From an uncultured Bacteroides sp. (lineage in GTDB: Bacteria > Bacteroidota > Bacteroidia > Bacteroidales > Paludibacteraceae), in the NCBI GenBank assembly GCA_964398075.1, contig CAYNMA010000002.1:222-64221 (forward strand): a DNA stretch of 64,000 nucleotides, read 5' to 3'. Below, piece by piece: positions 56,783 to 64,000 of this stretch (positions within the stretch are counted from its first letter, which is position 1; each line of letters opens with the position of its first letter). Position numbers and translations under genes: made by a program. A model generated the notes under the pieces. That model did not search any database and was not told the DNA's origin. It saw only the letters and a list, made by a program, of their open reading frames with translations.

Positions 56783-56815
56783 CCCTACCATTACCCTACC
56801 ATTACCCTAGCATGT
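56783..56815. repeat. Tandem 11-mer CCCTACCATTA, about 2.7 copies
   Basis: Read directly. The complement (GGTAGGGTAAT) is on the rdgB sense strand. Confidence 0.9.
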
Positions 56816-56945
56816 GACACCCTTATGAGACCCTTGTAATGGTTTTCACTTGTATTTCAATCACTTACAAACATGCGATTCCCCGTAACGAATTGAATAA
56901 TGTAAAAAGTTACTACTATGTATTGCACAGTACAAATTAATGCAC

Positions 56946-56953
56946 TACCTTTG
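56946..56953 (+). promoter_or_regulatory. -7 box TAccTTTG upstream of padR
   Basis: tacctttg lies 22 nt before the ATG at 56975. Confidence 0.55.
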
Positions 56954-56974
56954 CGATTGAAAATTTGAACCCTC

Positions 56975-57304
56975 ATGATTGACAACATTAAAACACAGAT
57001 GCGCAAAGGAATACTCGAGTATTGCATATTAGCGGTGCTCGAAAACAAAGGCGAAGCCTATGTCTCCGACATCCTATCCATCATGAAAGAGGCAGATCTC
57101 TTCGTCGTTGAAGGCACCATCTACCCTTTGCTTACGCGCATGAAAAACAGCGGTCTCCTTACCTATCGCTGGAAAGAATCGACCGGTGGTCCACCACGCA
57201 AGTACTACCAACTCACACCACAGGGTGTTGAACTTTACAACTCCCTTCAACAAGAGTGGATTACCATCAAAACTGCCGTTGAAAACGTAACAAATCATAA
57301 CTAA
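56975..57304 (+). CDS. PadR family transcriptional regulator
   Basis: GILEYCILAVL...YPLLTRMKNSGLL winged-helix pattern. 109 aa. Confidence 0.9.
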   Translation: MIDNIKTQMRKGILEYCILAVLENKGEAYVSDILSIMKEADLFVVEGTIYPLLTRMKNSGLLTYRWKESTGGPPRKYYQLTPQGVELYNSLQQEWITIKTAVENVTNHN

Positions 57305-57321
57305 TATAAATATTTACAACT

Positions 57322-57510
57322 ATGGAACCAAAAAGACTTTGTCGTTCAAACAACAAACTGATTGCCGGTGTTTGCGCCGGTATTGCTGAGTATTTATCGG
57401 TTGACCCGACCATCATTCGTGTCATTTATGCAGCATTATCCGTATTCACTGCAGGCTTTCCTGGACTGCTTCTCTACATCATTCTCGTCCTTCTTATGCC
57501 CAATCAATAA
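57322..57510 (+). CDS. Small PspC domain membrane protein (62 aa)
   Basis: LCRSNNKLIAGVCAGIAEYLSVDPTIIRVIY is the PspC domain signature. Confidence 0.85.
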   Translation: MEPKRLCRSNNKLIAGVCAGIAEYLSVDPTIIRVIYAALSVFTAGFPGLLLYIILVLLMPNQ

Positions 57511-57520
57511 CTAAAAGCAA

Positions 57521-58933
57521 ATGAAACCAACTACCACCATTAACCTTAATGGGCTCGTTTTCTATATCGATGACGATGCTTATCAGACGCTCTTCACTTA
57601 CCTCAACGATGTTCGCAGGCAGATCGGCGAAACGGTTGACAATGAAGAGATTATGCACGATGTCGAAGCCCGTATTGCTGAACTGTTCAACGAGATGTTA
57701 CAGCACAAAGGTATTCAGGTAATCAACAATTTTATGGTGCATCAAGTGATGGATCAATTGGGTAAGCCTGAAGACTTTGCGCCTGAAGAAAGCACCATTT
57801 CATCGGATAAAATGGATGAATCAAGCAATGAAAATGGGACATCTAATGGAGATGGTGCGAGCAACATCAATAATGCGAGCAACGAGAATCGACCGAGGCG
57901 GCGTCTTTATTTGGATAAGGATAATGCATTGTTGGGAGGTGTATGCGCAGGACTTGCGGCATACCTTGGTATCAATGTGGTGTGGGTGCGTATCATCTTT
58001 GTTCTTTGTCTGTTCTTGTATGGAGCGGCATTGCCTATTTATCTGCTTATGTGGATTATAGCCCCTGCTGCTCGTACGGCAGCACAACGGTTAGAGATGC
58101 GGGGTGAAACGCCATCGATTGAGAATATCAAGAAAGAACATGAGAGAATGGTTCAATATGCAGACGAGAACCAAGCAAGTATGAAGGCACATCATGTCTT
58201 ACGCACTTTGTTACGTGTGCTACTTTTCTTCGTAATCGCTTGCATTGCCTTTCCTCTTGCTGCGATGTTACTTGTGTTATTGTTTGTACTTCTCTACTTC
58301 TTTATTGGTTTTGTCATTGCTTTTCCTTTGGGATGTGCTCCGTGTTTCTCGAATAGTAGTTTGGTGCTCACTTCTCCAAATATTGCAATTCTTACGTCGG
58401 TCTTATTGTTTTTGGTGGTTGCTATTCCCCTTTTCATAGGGATATATTGGGGTATATACTACCTTCGTAAACGCAAGAACCCATCGAAAAAGTTTTGGAT
58501 TATAACCTTGATCCTCTGGTTATGTTCGGGTATTGGTTTGGGAGTTGTTGCGATTTGTGGGCTTAAGCACGCTACTGAGCACCCACTGATCATATACAGA
58601 TCATACAATAAGTCAATAGACACGACGAATACCGTCCGCTGCGCACCATTTCATGCGGTCGTGGTTGATGGGAAAGTTAACCTACAAATAGCACAAGCCG
58701 ACTCTTGCACCGTGGCTATTGATAAGGACGCCCTATCAGCGGTCAGTACCTCTATTAAGGATAGTGTATTGAAAATATCGGCGCCTTATTCCGACCATAC
58801 GCCCACGGTTCGAGTTACCTTGCCTCAGTTAGATTCACTTGCGGTGAATGGTTCGGGAACGGTAACTACCGATGGAATCATACAATTGGACAGTCTGACT
58901 GATATGATTGACGACGCAATCGATAATCTCTAA
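57521..58933 (+). CDS. Large PspC domain membrane protein with a short DUF2807/GIN-like C-terminal segment
   Basis: Cytoplasmic N-domain, Asn/Ser-rich linker, PspC motif (LYLDKDNALLGGVCAGLAAYLGINVVWVRIIF), several TM helices, then a beta-rich tail (VVVDGKVNLQIAQADSCTVAIDKD...LAVNGSGTVTTDG). Confidence 0.8.
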   Translation: MKPTTTINLNGLVFYIDDDAYQTLFTYLNDVRRQIGETVDNEEIMHDVEARIAELFNEMLQHKGIQVINNFMVHQVMDQLGKPEDFAPEESTISSDKMDESSNENGTSNGDGASNINNASNENRPRRRLYLDKDNALLGGVCAGLAAYLGINVVWVRIIFVLCLFLYGAALPIYLLMWIIAPAARTAAQRLEMRGETPSIENIKKEHERMVQYADENQASMKAHHVLRTLLRVLLFFVIACIAFPLAAMLLVLLFVLLYFFIGFVIAFPLGCAPCFSNSSLVLTSPNIAILTSVLLFLVVAIPLFIGIYWGIYYLRKRKNPSKKFWIITLILWLCSGIGLGVVAICGLKHATEHPLIIYRSYNKSIDTTNTVRCAPFHAVVVDGKVNLQIAQADSCTVAIDKDALSAVSTSIKDSVLKISAPYSDHTPTVRVTLPQLDSLAVNGSGTVTTDGIIQLDSLTDMIDDAIDNL

Positions 58934-58944
58934 CCCCTCGGCGC

Positions 58945-59316
58945 TTACTTGAGGAAGACGAAGTAGACAGCGGCTATCAAGCAAGCGAAAGCGGCAAGAT
59001 GGTTCCAATGCAGCGCTTGACCTTTGAACACGAACACCGAGAACAGGGTGAAGATTGTGATAGAGATAACCTCTTGAATAATCTTCAACTGCATCAGAGT
59101 GAAAGGTCCGCCGTTGCCCTCAAAGCCGATACGGTTGCCATTGACCTGACAGATATACTCTGGCAATGCCAATAACCACGAGCAGAGAATGACTAAAATG
59201 AGGGGTGTGTGATTGGTGATGACGCCAATGGATTGTAACTTCAAGTGGCCGTACCAAGCCAAGGTCATAAAGATGTTGCTGCATATCAGCAGTCCTATTG
59301 TACCTAATCCGTGCAT
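58945..59316 (-). CDS. DMT superfamily small membrane protein (DUF486-like)
   Basis: 123 aa with four TM helices. The N-terminus (LLICSNIFMTLAWYGHLK) is typical of DUF486. Confidence 0.75.
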   Translation of the reverse strand: MHGLGTIGLLICSNIFMTLAWYGHLKLQSIGVITNHTPLILVILCSWLLALPEYICQVNGNRIGFEGNGGPFTLMQLKIIQEVISITIFTLFSVFVFKGQALHWNHLAAFACLIAAVYFVFLK

Positions 59317-59345
59317 AACTTTTTATATTAAGGATATATTAAAAT

Positions 59346-60098
59346 TCACCATTTCATCGGGAGATATTCGTCTTTGATATTGCTCATTGCACCCCATATA
59401 CTGTCCCGCACATGAGGGTTGAACTGCTCCAATTGCTTCACCAATTCCTTCATTCCGCTGCGCGAACTCTCTTTCTCGAATGGACACAGTTTCGCCTGTT
59501 TCTTGTAGCCTCGCATCTCGGCATAGACGGCTATCTCCTTCTCTTCCATTAGACAGAGCGGACGAATCATCGTTATAGGGAACTTGCTCATTTTCAGGCT
59601 TGGAGCGATAGTGGAGAAACTGCCTTGAAAGATGAGGTTCATCAATAAGGTCTCTATGATGTCGTCTTGATGATGCCCTAAGGCAATCTTGTTGCACCCT
59701 AACTCTTGTGCCGTCTCAAAGAGGGCCTTACGCCGATACCACGAACAGAGGAAGCAGTGCGATTTACGAGTATCGGTTGTGTCGTCGAACTTCGTTGTAC
59801 GATGCACAAAGGTCACGTTGTGCTCCTCGCAGAACGATTGCAGGTAGGCTATATCCGACTGATAACCAATGTTCTCGACCGATACATGCACGGCATATAC
59901 CTTAAACCGAGGTACATAGATTTTCGACCGTTCACCCAAGAACTCCACCAGTGCCAACGAGTCTTTGCCGCCTGAGAGTCCGACTAATATATTGTCATTG
60001 TCGGCAATTAACCCATATTCGGAACACGCCTTATGAAACAACCGAGTCAACTTCGATTGCTGCCGTATCAATGCTATCTCTTCTTTGCTACGTTCCAT
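59346..60098 (-). CDS. ttcA: PP-loop ATPase, TtcA-like tRNA 2-thiocytidine biosynthesis protein
   Basis: PP-loop GLSGGKDS and Cys motifs CFLCSW and KLCPF. 250 aa. The symbol is assigned at family level only. Confidence 0.75.
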   Translation of the reverse strand: MERSKEEIALIRQQSKLTRLFHKACSEYGLIADNDNILVGLSGGKDSLALVEFLGERSKIYVPRFKVYAVHVSVENIGYQSDIAYLQSFCEEHNVTFVHRTTKFDDTTDTRKSHCFLCSWYRRKALFETAQELGCNKIALGHHQDDIIETLLMNLIFQGSFSTIAPSLKMSKFPITMIRPLCLMEEKEIAVYAEMRGYKKQAKLCPFEKESSRSGMKELVKQLEQFNPHVRDSIWGAMSNIKDEYLPMKW

Positions 60099-60124
60099 TC
60101 CTTATATATATTGCAAAACGGCTG

Positions 60125-60132
60125 CAAAGGTA
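60125..60132 (-). promoter_or_regulatory. -7 box TAccTTTG upstream of the ttcA-like gene
   Basis: The reverse complement of caaaggta, 27 nt from the ATG. Confidence 0.55.
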
Positions 60133-60216
60133 AGCAAAACCTATGGGATAAAGTAATCGTGATGAAGTTTGTCCGTTTCTTTTTGTTGTATATAACTTAT
60201 TTTCAGTGCTTTACAA

Positions 60217-60261
60217 TCTAGAAGTTCTAGAGATTCTAGAGATTCTAGAAGTTCTAGAATA
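60217..60261. repeat. Five tandem 9-mers, each containing a TCTAGA palindrome (TCTAGAAGT, TCTAGAGAT x2, TCTAGAAGT, TCTAGAATA)
   Basis: Read directly, about 75 nt upstream of the tRNA-cluster -7 box. Confidence 0.9.
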
Positions 60262-60334
60262 GTTTGCTCGAACTCTCTAAGCAAAAAAATATCACTTTTT
60301 TCGGTAAAGTGTTTGGAGGTAAAGAAAAATGTCG

Positions 60335-60342
60335 TACCTTTG
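60335..60342 (+). promoter_or_regulatory. -7 box TAccTTTG with a -33 TTTG (60312-60315) for the tRNA cluster
   Basis: tacctttg lies 65 nt before tRNA-Gly. The -33/-7 spacer is 19 nt. Confidence 0.6.
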
Positions 60343-60406
60343 CAGTCGCTTTTCAAAGATGCGTGCGTATGTGGAGTTTGTACGGTTACCATCTGCGAAA
60401 ATGCTT

Positions 60407-60479
<73 letters not shown>

Positions 60480-60538
60480 CAAGCCAAAAAGAGCAGAACA
60501 GCGGTTCTGCGTTTTTGTCTCTAATAGGTGAGACGAAA

Positions 60539-60620
60539 GCCCGAATGGCGGAATTGGTAGACGCGCTCGTTTCAGGTGCGAGTGTTGAGAGACGTGCAGG
60601 TTCGAGTCCTGTTTCGGGCA
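60539..60620 (+). tRNA. tRNA-Leu (CAG)
   Basis: Acceptor GCCCGAA/TTCGGGC, anticodon arm CTCGT-TTCAGGT-GCGAG, long variable arm, T arm GCAGG-TTCGAGT-CCTGT. Confidence 0.88.
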
Positions 60621-60704
60621 CGAGAGTGACTTACCAAGCAGACAAATTTAGTTGGCTATTATTGATAAAGGAGTTGCAAGGCGAGAAGCCGAAGCAACGC
60701 CCAC

Positions 60705-60788
60705 GCGCAGGTGGTGAAATTGGTATACACGCTACTTTGAGGGGGTAGTGGTCGCAAGATCGTGTGAGTTCGAGTCTCATCCTGCGCA
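60705..60788 (+). tRNA. tRNA-Leu (GAG)
   Basis: Acceptor GCGCAGG/CCTGCGC, anticodon arm CTACT-TTGAGGG-GGTAG, long variable arm, T arm GTGAG-TTCGAGT-CTCAT. Confidence 0.88.
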
Positions 60789-60820
60789 CGCACATAAACA
60801 TTTGGAACAATTTTGACACG

Positions 60821-60856
60821 ATGGAGGCTGTCCGTGAGGATAGCCTCCATTTTTTG
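60821..60856 (+). terminator. Intrinsic terminator of the tRNA cluster
   Basis: ATGGAGGCT (60821-60829) pairs with AGCCTCCAT (60842-60850), followed by TTTTTT. Confidence 0.8.
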
Positions 60857-60962
60857 TTAAGATAGGCACAAAATCGATGATTTCATCGGGAAAAATAGGT
60901 CTATAACATAATAATTCCACAAAAAAAGTCAGTTTATAGTTGCCTCTTTGGTGAGTAAGTAG

Positions 60963-60970
60963 TATCTTTG
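60963..60970 (+). promoter_or_regulatory. -7 box TAtcTTTG upstream of uxaB
   Basis: tatctttg lies 60 nt before the ATG at 61031. Confidence 0.5.
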
Positions 60971-61030
60971 CAACGTTATAGAGTGGACTATAACTGAACC
61001 CTAATTAGATTCGTAATAAAATAAAATAAC

Positions 61031-62509
61031 ATGAAAGCGTTAAACAAACTTACGGCTCCTAAGAGCGTTGCTCCTGAGCGTATTATCCAATTTGGAGAGG
61101 GTAATTTCTTGCGTGCATTCGTTGATTGGATTATCTACAATACCAATCAGCGTACCGACTTCAACTCGAGTGTTGTAGTTGTTCAACCTATCGATAAGGG
61201 TATGGTAGAGTGGCTCAATGGTCAAGACTGTATGTACCACGTCAACCTTCAAGGTCGTCTTAACGGTGAGGCAGTGAATAGTTTGACTCGTATTGACTGT
61301 ATCTCTCGTGCATTGAACCCATATTCGCAGAACGCTGCTTTTATGGCATTGGCTGACCAACCTGAGATTCGTTTCGTTATCTCGAACACCACAGAGGCTG
61401 GTATTGCATTTGACCCTGCTTGCAAGTTCGCAGATGCTCCTGCATCGTCTTATCCTGGTAAACTGACGCAACTCCTTTATCGTCGTTTCAAGACTTTCCA
61501 TGGTGCTGCTGATAAGGGTCTTATCATCATGCCTTGCGAGTTGATTTTCCTCAACGGACACCACTTGAAAGACTGCATCTATAAGTACATTGAACTCTGG
61601 AAAGAGGATTTTGGTGCTGACTATGAGGCATTCAAGAAATGGTTTACCGATTACAACTATGTATGTGCTACATTGGTTGACCGTATCGTTCCTGGTTTCC
61701 CACGCAAAGAGATTAAGCAGATTCAAGAGAAGATTTGCTACGCAGATAACCTCGTTGTGCAAGCCGAGATATTCCACTTGTGGGTGATTGAGGCTGCAGA
61801 GAATCTGTCGCTTGAGCAGTTGGCAGAGGAGTTCCCTGCAAACAAGGCTGGTTTGAATGTGCTATTCGTTAAGTCGGAGGCTCCATATCACGAGCGTAAG
61901 GTGACTTTGTTGAATGGTCCTCACACGGTATTGTCGCCAGTGGCTTACCTCTCGGGCGTAGATATTGTTCGTGATGCTTGCAACCATCCAATCATTGGTC
62001 AATATATCCACAAGGTACAGTTTGACGAGTTGATGCAGACCCTTAACTTGCCAATGGACGAGTTAAAGCAGTTTGCTGCAGATGTATTGGAGCGTTTCAA
62101 CAATCCTTATGTAGACCATCAGGTTACCTCTATCATGCTGAACTCGTTCCCGAAGTTCCAGACCCGCGACCTGCCAGGTTTGAAGACCTACTTGCAGCGT
62201 AAAGGTGAACTGCCAAAGGGCTTGGTTCTTGGTTTGGCTGCTATCATCACCTATTACAAAGGTGGCGTAAGAGCCGATGGTGCTACTATTCAGCCTAACG
62301 ACGACCCACAGATTATGCAGTTGCTTAAAGACTTGTGGGCAACCAACGATTATCACAAGATTGCTGAGGGCGTTCTTGCCGCTAAGGACCTTATCTGGAC
62401 AGAGCACGGCGATTTGAACGAGATTCCTGGTTTGACCGCTATGGTTGAGCAGTTCCTTCGTGATATCCAAGAGAAGGGTATGCTTGAGACAGTTAAATCT
62501 ATATTGTAA
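61031..62509 (+). CDS. uxaB: Tagaturonate reductase (altronate oxidoreductase)
   Basis: PERIIQFGEGNFLRAFVDW N-terminus and mannitol-dehydrogenase-family length (492 aa). It lies next to uxaA. Confidence 0.9.
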   Translation: MKALNKLTAPKSVAPERIIQFGEGNFLRAFVDWIIYNTNQRTDFNSSVVVVQPIDKGMVEWLNGQDCMYHVNLQGRLNGEAVNSLTRIDCISRALNPYSQNAAFMALADQPEIRFVISNTTEAGIAFDPACKFADAPASSYPGKLTQLLYRRFKTFHGAADKGLIIMPCELIFLNGHHLKDCIYKYIELWKEDFGADYEAFKKWFTDYNYVCATLVDRIVPGFPRKEIKQIQEKICYADNLVVQAEIFHLWVIEAAENLSLEQLAEEFPANKAGLNVLFVKSEAPYHERKVTLLNGPHTVLSPVAYLSGVDIVRDACNHPIIGQYIHKVQFDELMQTLNLPMDELKQFAADVLERFNNPYVDHQVTSIMLNSFPKFQTRDLPGLKTYLQRKGELPKGLVLGLAAIITYYKGGVRADGATIQPNDDPQIMQLLKDLWATNDYHKIAEGVLAAKDLIWTEHGDLNEIPGLTAMVEQFLRDIQEKGMLETVKSIL

Positions 62510-62521
62510 ACTTATTTGTGT

Positions 62522-62554
62522 GATAGAGAGAGGTTCGCTTCTCTCTATCTTTTT
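62522..62554 (+). terminator. 10-bp hairpin plus T5 between uxaB and uxaA
   Basis: GATAGAGAGA-ggttcgct-TCTCTCTATC, then TTTTT. It ends 9 nt before the uxaA ATG. Confidence 0.55.
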
Positions 62555-62562
62555 CATTATCT

Positions 62563-64000
62563 ATGACACCTGTATTCCGTATCAACCCTGCCGACAATGT
62601 AGCTGTGGCTATTGTGCCTCAGACTGCAGGCACTAAGATTGCTATTGATGGTATCGAAGTTACCGTACGCCAAGATGTTCCTGCTGGGCATAAGATTGCG
62701 TTGAAAGACTTTGCCGAAGGCGAGAATGTGATTAAGTATGGTTATCCTATCGGACACACACGCAATGCTATAAAAGCAGGCGAGTGGGTGAACGAGCATA
62801 ACATCAAGACCAACCTTGCAGGACTGCTCAGTTATGAGTATCACCCTGTGACTTTCGACAAGAAAAAGGTAGAAGATAAGCACTTGACTTTCAAAGGTTA
62901 CCGTCGTGCTAATAACCAAGTAGGTATCCGTAATGAGGTATGGATTATCCCTACGGTGGGTTGCGTCAACGGTATCGTTTCTCAGTTGGCAGAGCGTCTG
63001 CGTGAAGAGACAAAAGGTGAGGGAGTAGATGCTATTGTGGCTTTCCCACATAACTACGGTTGCTCTCAGTTGGGCGATGACCACGAGAACACGAAGAAGA
63101 TTCTGCGTGACATGGTGCATCATCCTAATGCAGGGGCAGTGTTGGTAGTGGGATTGGGTTGCGAGAATAACCAACCGGATGTCTTTCAAGAGTTCTGTGG
63201 CGATTACGACAAGGACCGTGTGCAGTTTGTTGTAGCACAGAAGATTGAAGGTGACGAAGTGGAATACTGCATGCCTATCCTGCGCGAGTTATATAAGAAA
63301 GCGGCAGCAGATAAGCGCGTAGAGATACCTCTATCAGAACTGCGAGTAGGACTCAAGTGTGGAGGTTCTGACGGTTTCTCGGGTATCACAGCCAACCCGC
63401 TGTTGGGTCTGTTCTCCGATTTCTTGGTGGAGCAAGGTGGTACAACTATCTTGACGGAAGTGCCTGAGATGTTCGGCGCTGAGACCATCTTGATGAACCG
63501 TTGCAAGACGACAGAGTTGTTTGACCAGACGGTGAGTCTTATTAATAACTTTAAGGAGTATTTCCTCTCGCACGGTGAGCCTGTAGGTGAGAACCCATCG
63601 CCAGGAAACAAAGCAGGTGGTATCTCGACCTTAGAGGAGAAAGCCTTAGGTTGCACGCAGAAATGTGGTAAAGCGCCTGTGTCGGGTGTGTTGCCTTATG
63701 GCGAGCGTTTGCAGACGAAGGGTTTGAACCTTCTCTCGGCACCAGGTAATGACCTTGTGGCTGCTACGGCTTTGGCTTCCGCTGGTTGCCACTTAGTATT
63801 GTTCACTACCGGTCGTGGTACGCCATTTGGGACTTATGTGCCGACGGTGAAGGTGTCGACCAACTCGGCTCTGGCGAAGAACAAACCTACATGGATTGAC
63901 TTCAATGCAGGGACGATGGTAGAGGATGAGCCTGTGCAGCAAGTCTTTGAGCGTTTTGTGGAGTATGTTATCCGCGTGGCAAGTGGTGAATATACCAACA
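62563..64000 (+). CDS. uxaA: Altronate dehydratase (3' end outside the window)
   Basis: My own translation from the ATG at 62563 gives MTPVFRINPADNVAVAIVPQTAGTKIAIDGIEVTVRQDVPAGHKIALKDFAEGENVIKYGYPIGH...AFPHNYGCSQLGDD...GLKCGGSDGFSGITANP. The frame is open to base 64000, and the SAF N-domain plus dehydratase core resemble UxaA. Confidence 0.9.
   Translation, partial: MTPVFRINPADNVAVAIVPQTAGTKIAIDGIEVTVRQDVPAGHKIALKDFAEGENVIKYGYPIGHTRNAIKAGEWVNEHNIKTNLAGLLSYEYHPVTFDKKKVEDKHLTFKGYRRANNQVGIRNEVWIIPTVGCVNGIVSQLAERLREETKGEGVDAIVAFPHNYGCSQLGDDHENTKKILRDMVHHPNAGAVLVVGLGCENNQPDVFQEFCGDYDKDRVQFVVAQKIEGDEVEYCMPILRELYKKAAADKRVEIPLSELRVGLKCGGSDGFSGITANPLLGLFSDFLVEQGGTTILTEVPEMFGAETILMNRCKTTELFDQTVSLINNFKEYFLSHGEPVGENPSPGNKAGGISTLEEKALGCTQKCGKAPVSGVLPYGERLQTKGLNLLSAPGNDLVAATALASAGCHLVLFTTGRGTPFGTYVPTVKVSTNSALAKNKPTWIDFNAGTMVEDEPVQQVFERFVEYVIRVASGEYTN

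Noticed and set aside
61040-63189. Minus-strand ORFs 61040-61777 (245 aa), 62063-62557 and 62557-63189 (210 aa) opposite uxaB/uxaA
   Set aside because: They are antisense to two CDSs with unmistakable UxaB/UxaA similarity. They are shadow ORFs.

Overview
This is a gene-dense core-chromosome segment with about 57 CDS and 3 tRNAs. It comes from a Bacteroidota organism, most likely a Prevotella-like member of the Bacteroidales. That assignment is an inference from four things: Bacteroides-type TAnnTTTG -7 boxes in front of almost every transcription unit, a FeoA-FeoB fusion, a T9SS C-terminal sorting domain, and the overall look of the proteins. The content is overwhelmingly housekeeping. It includes feoAB plus a small Cys-rich partner ORF that is missing from the ORF track, nadB and nadA, the glycolytic genes fba, pgk and gpmI, and an OPT transporter. 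It also includes a succinate/acetate CoA-transferase-like gene, corA, rsmA, recO, dcp, an AsmA/TamB-like envelope protein, ileS, uvrC, apt and mnmG. The rodA-mrdA-mreD-mreC-mreB cell-shape cluster is present, followed by parE, a Nif3/zinc-ribbon pair, folE, a nucleoside kinase, dprA and smpB. The rest is a PorZ-like T9SS protein, rdgB, a PadR-PspC-PspC operon, a tRNA-Gly/Leu/Leu cluster, uxaB-uxaA (uxaA runs off the 3' end) and one PL1 pectate lyase. From about 21 kb to 56.6 kb every gene is on the minus strand. I see no CRISPR array, rRNA, transposase or integrase, prophage, or obvious defence island. I did not find a convincing new multi-gene system. The only accessory-looking cassette is an AT-rich DUF4160/DUF2442 pair at 250-838. 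The most unusual signal is non-coding and has four parts. (i) Several abnormally long gene-free spacers carry short tandem repeats of 7, 8, 9, 11, 22 and 23 nt; at four loci these are GGGAT/GGGTA-type repeats on the sense strand upstream of a housekeeping gene. (ii) The corA-nadA spacer holds a nested set of TGTTGAAAAC inverted repeats. (iii) Downstream of fba there is a 62-bp array of four alternating TTACTCA/TGAGTAA half-sites. (iv) ileS carries an in-frame 24-nt tandem duplication. All functional readings of these elements are hypotheses. No database search or folding calculation could be run.
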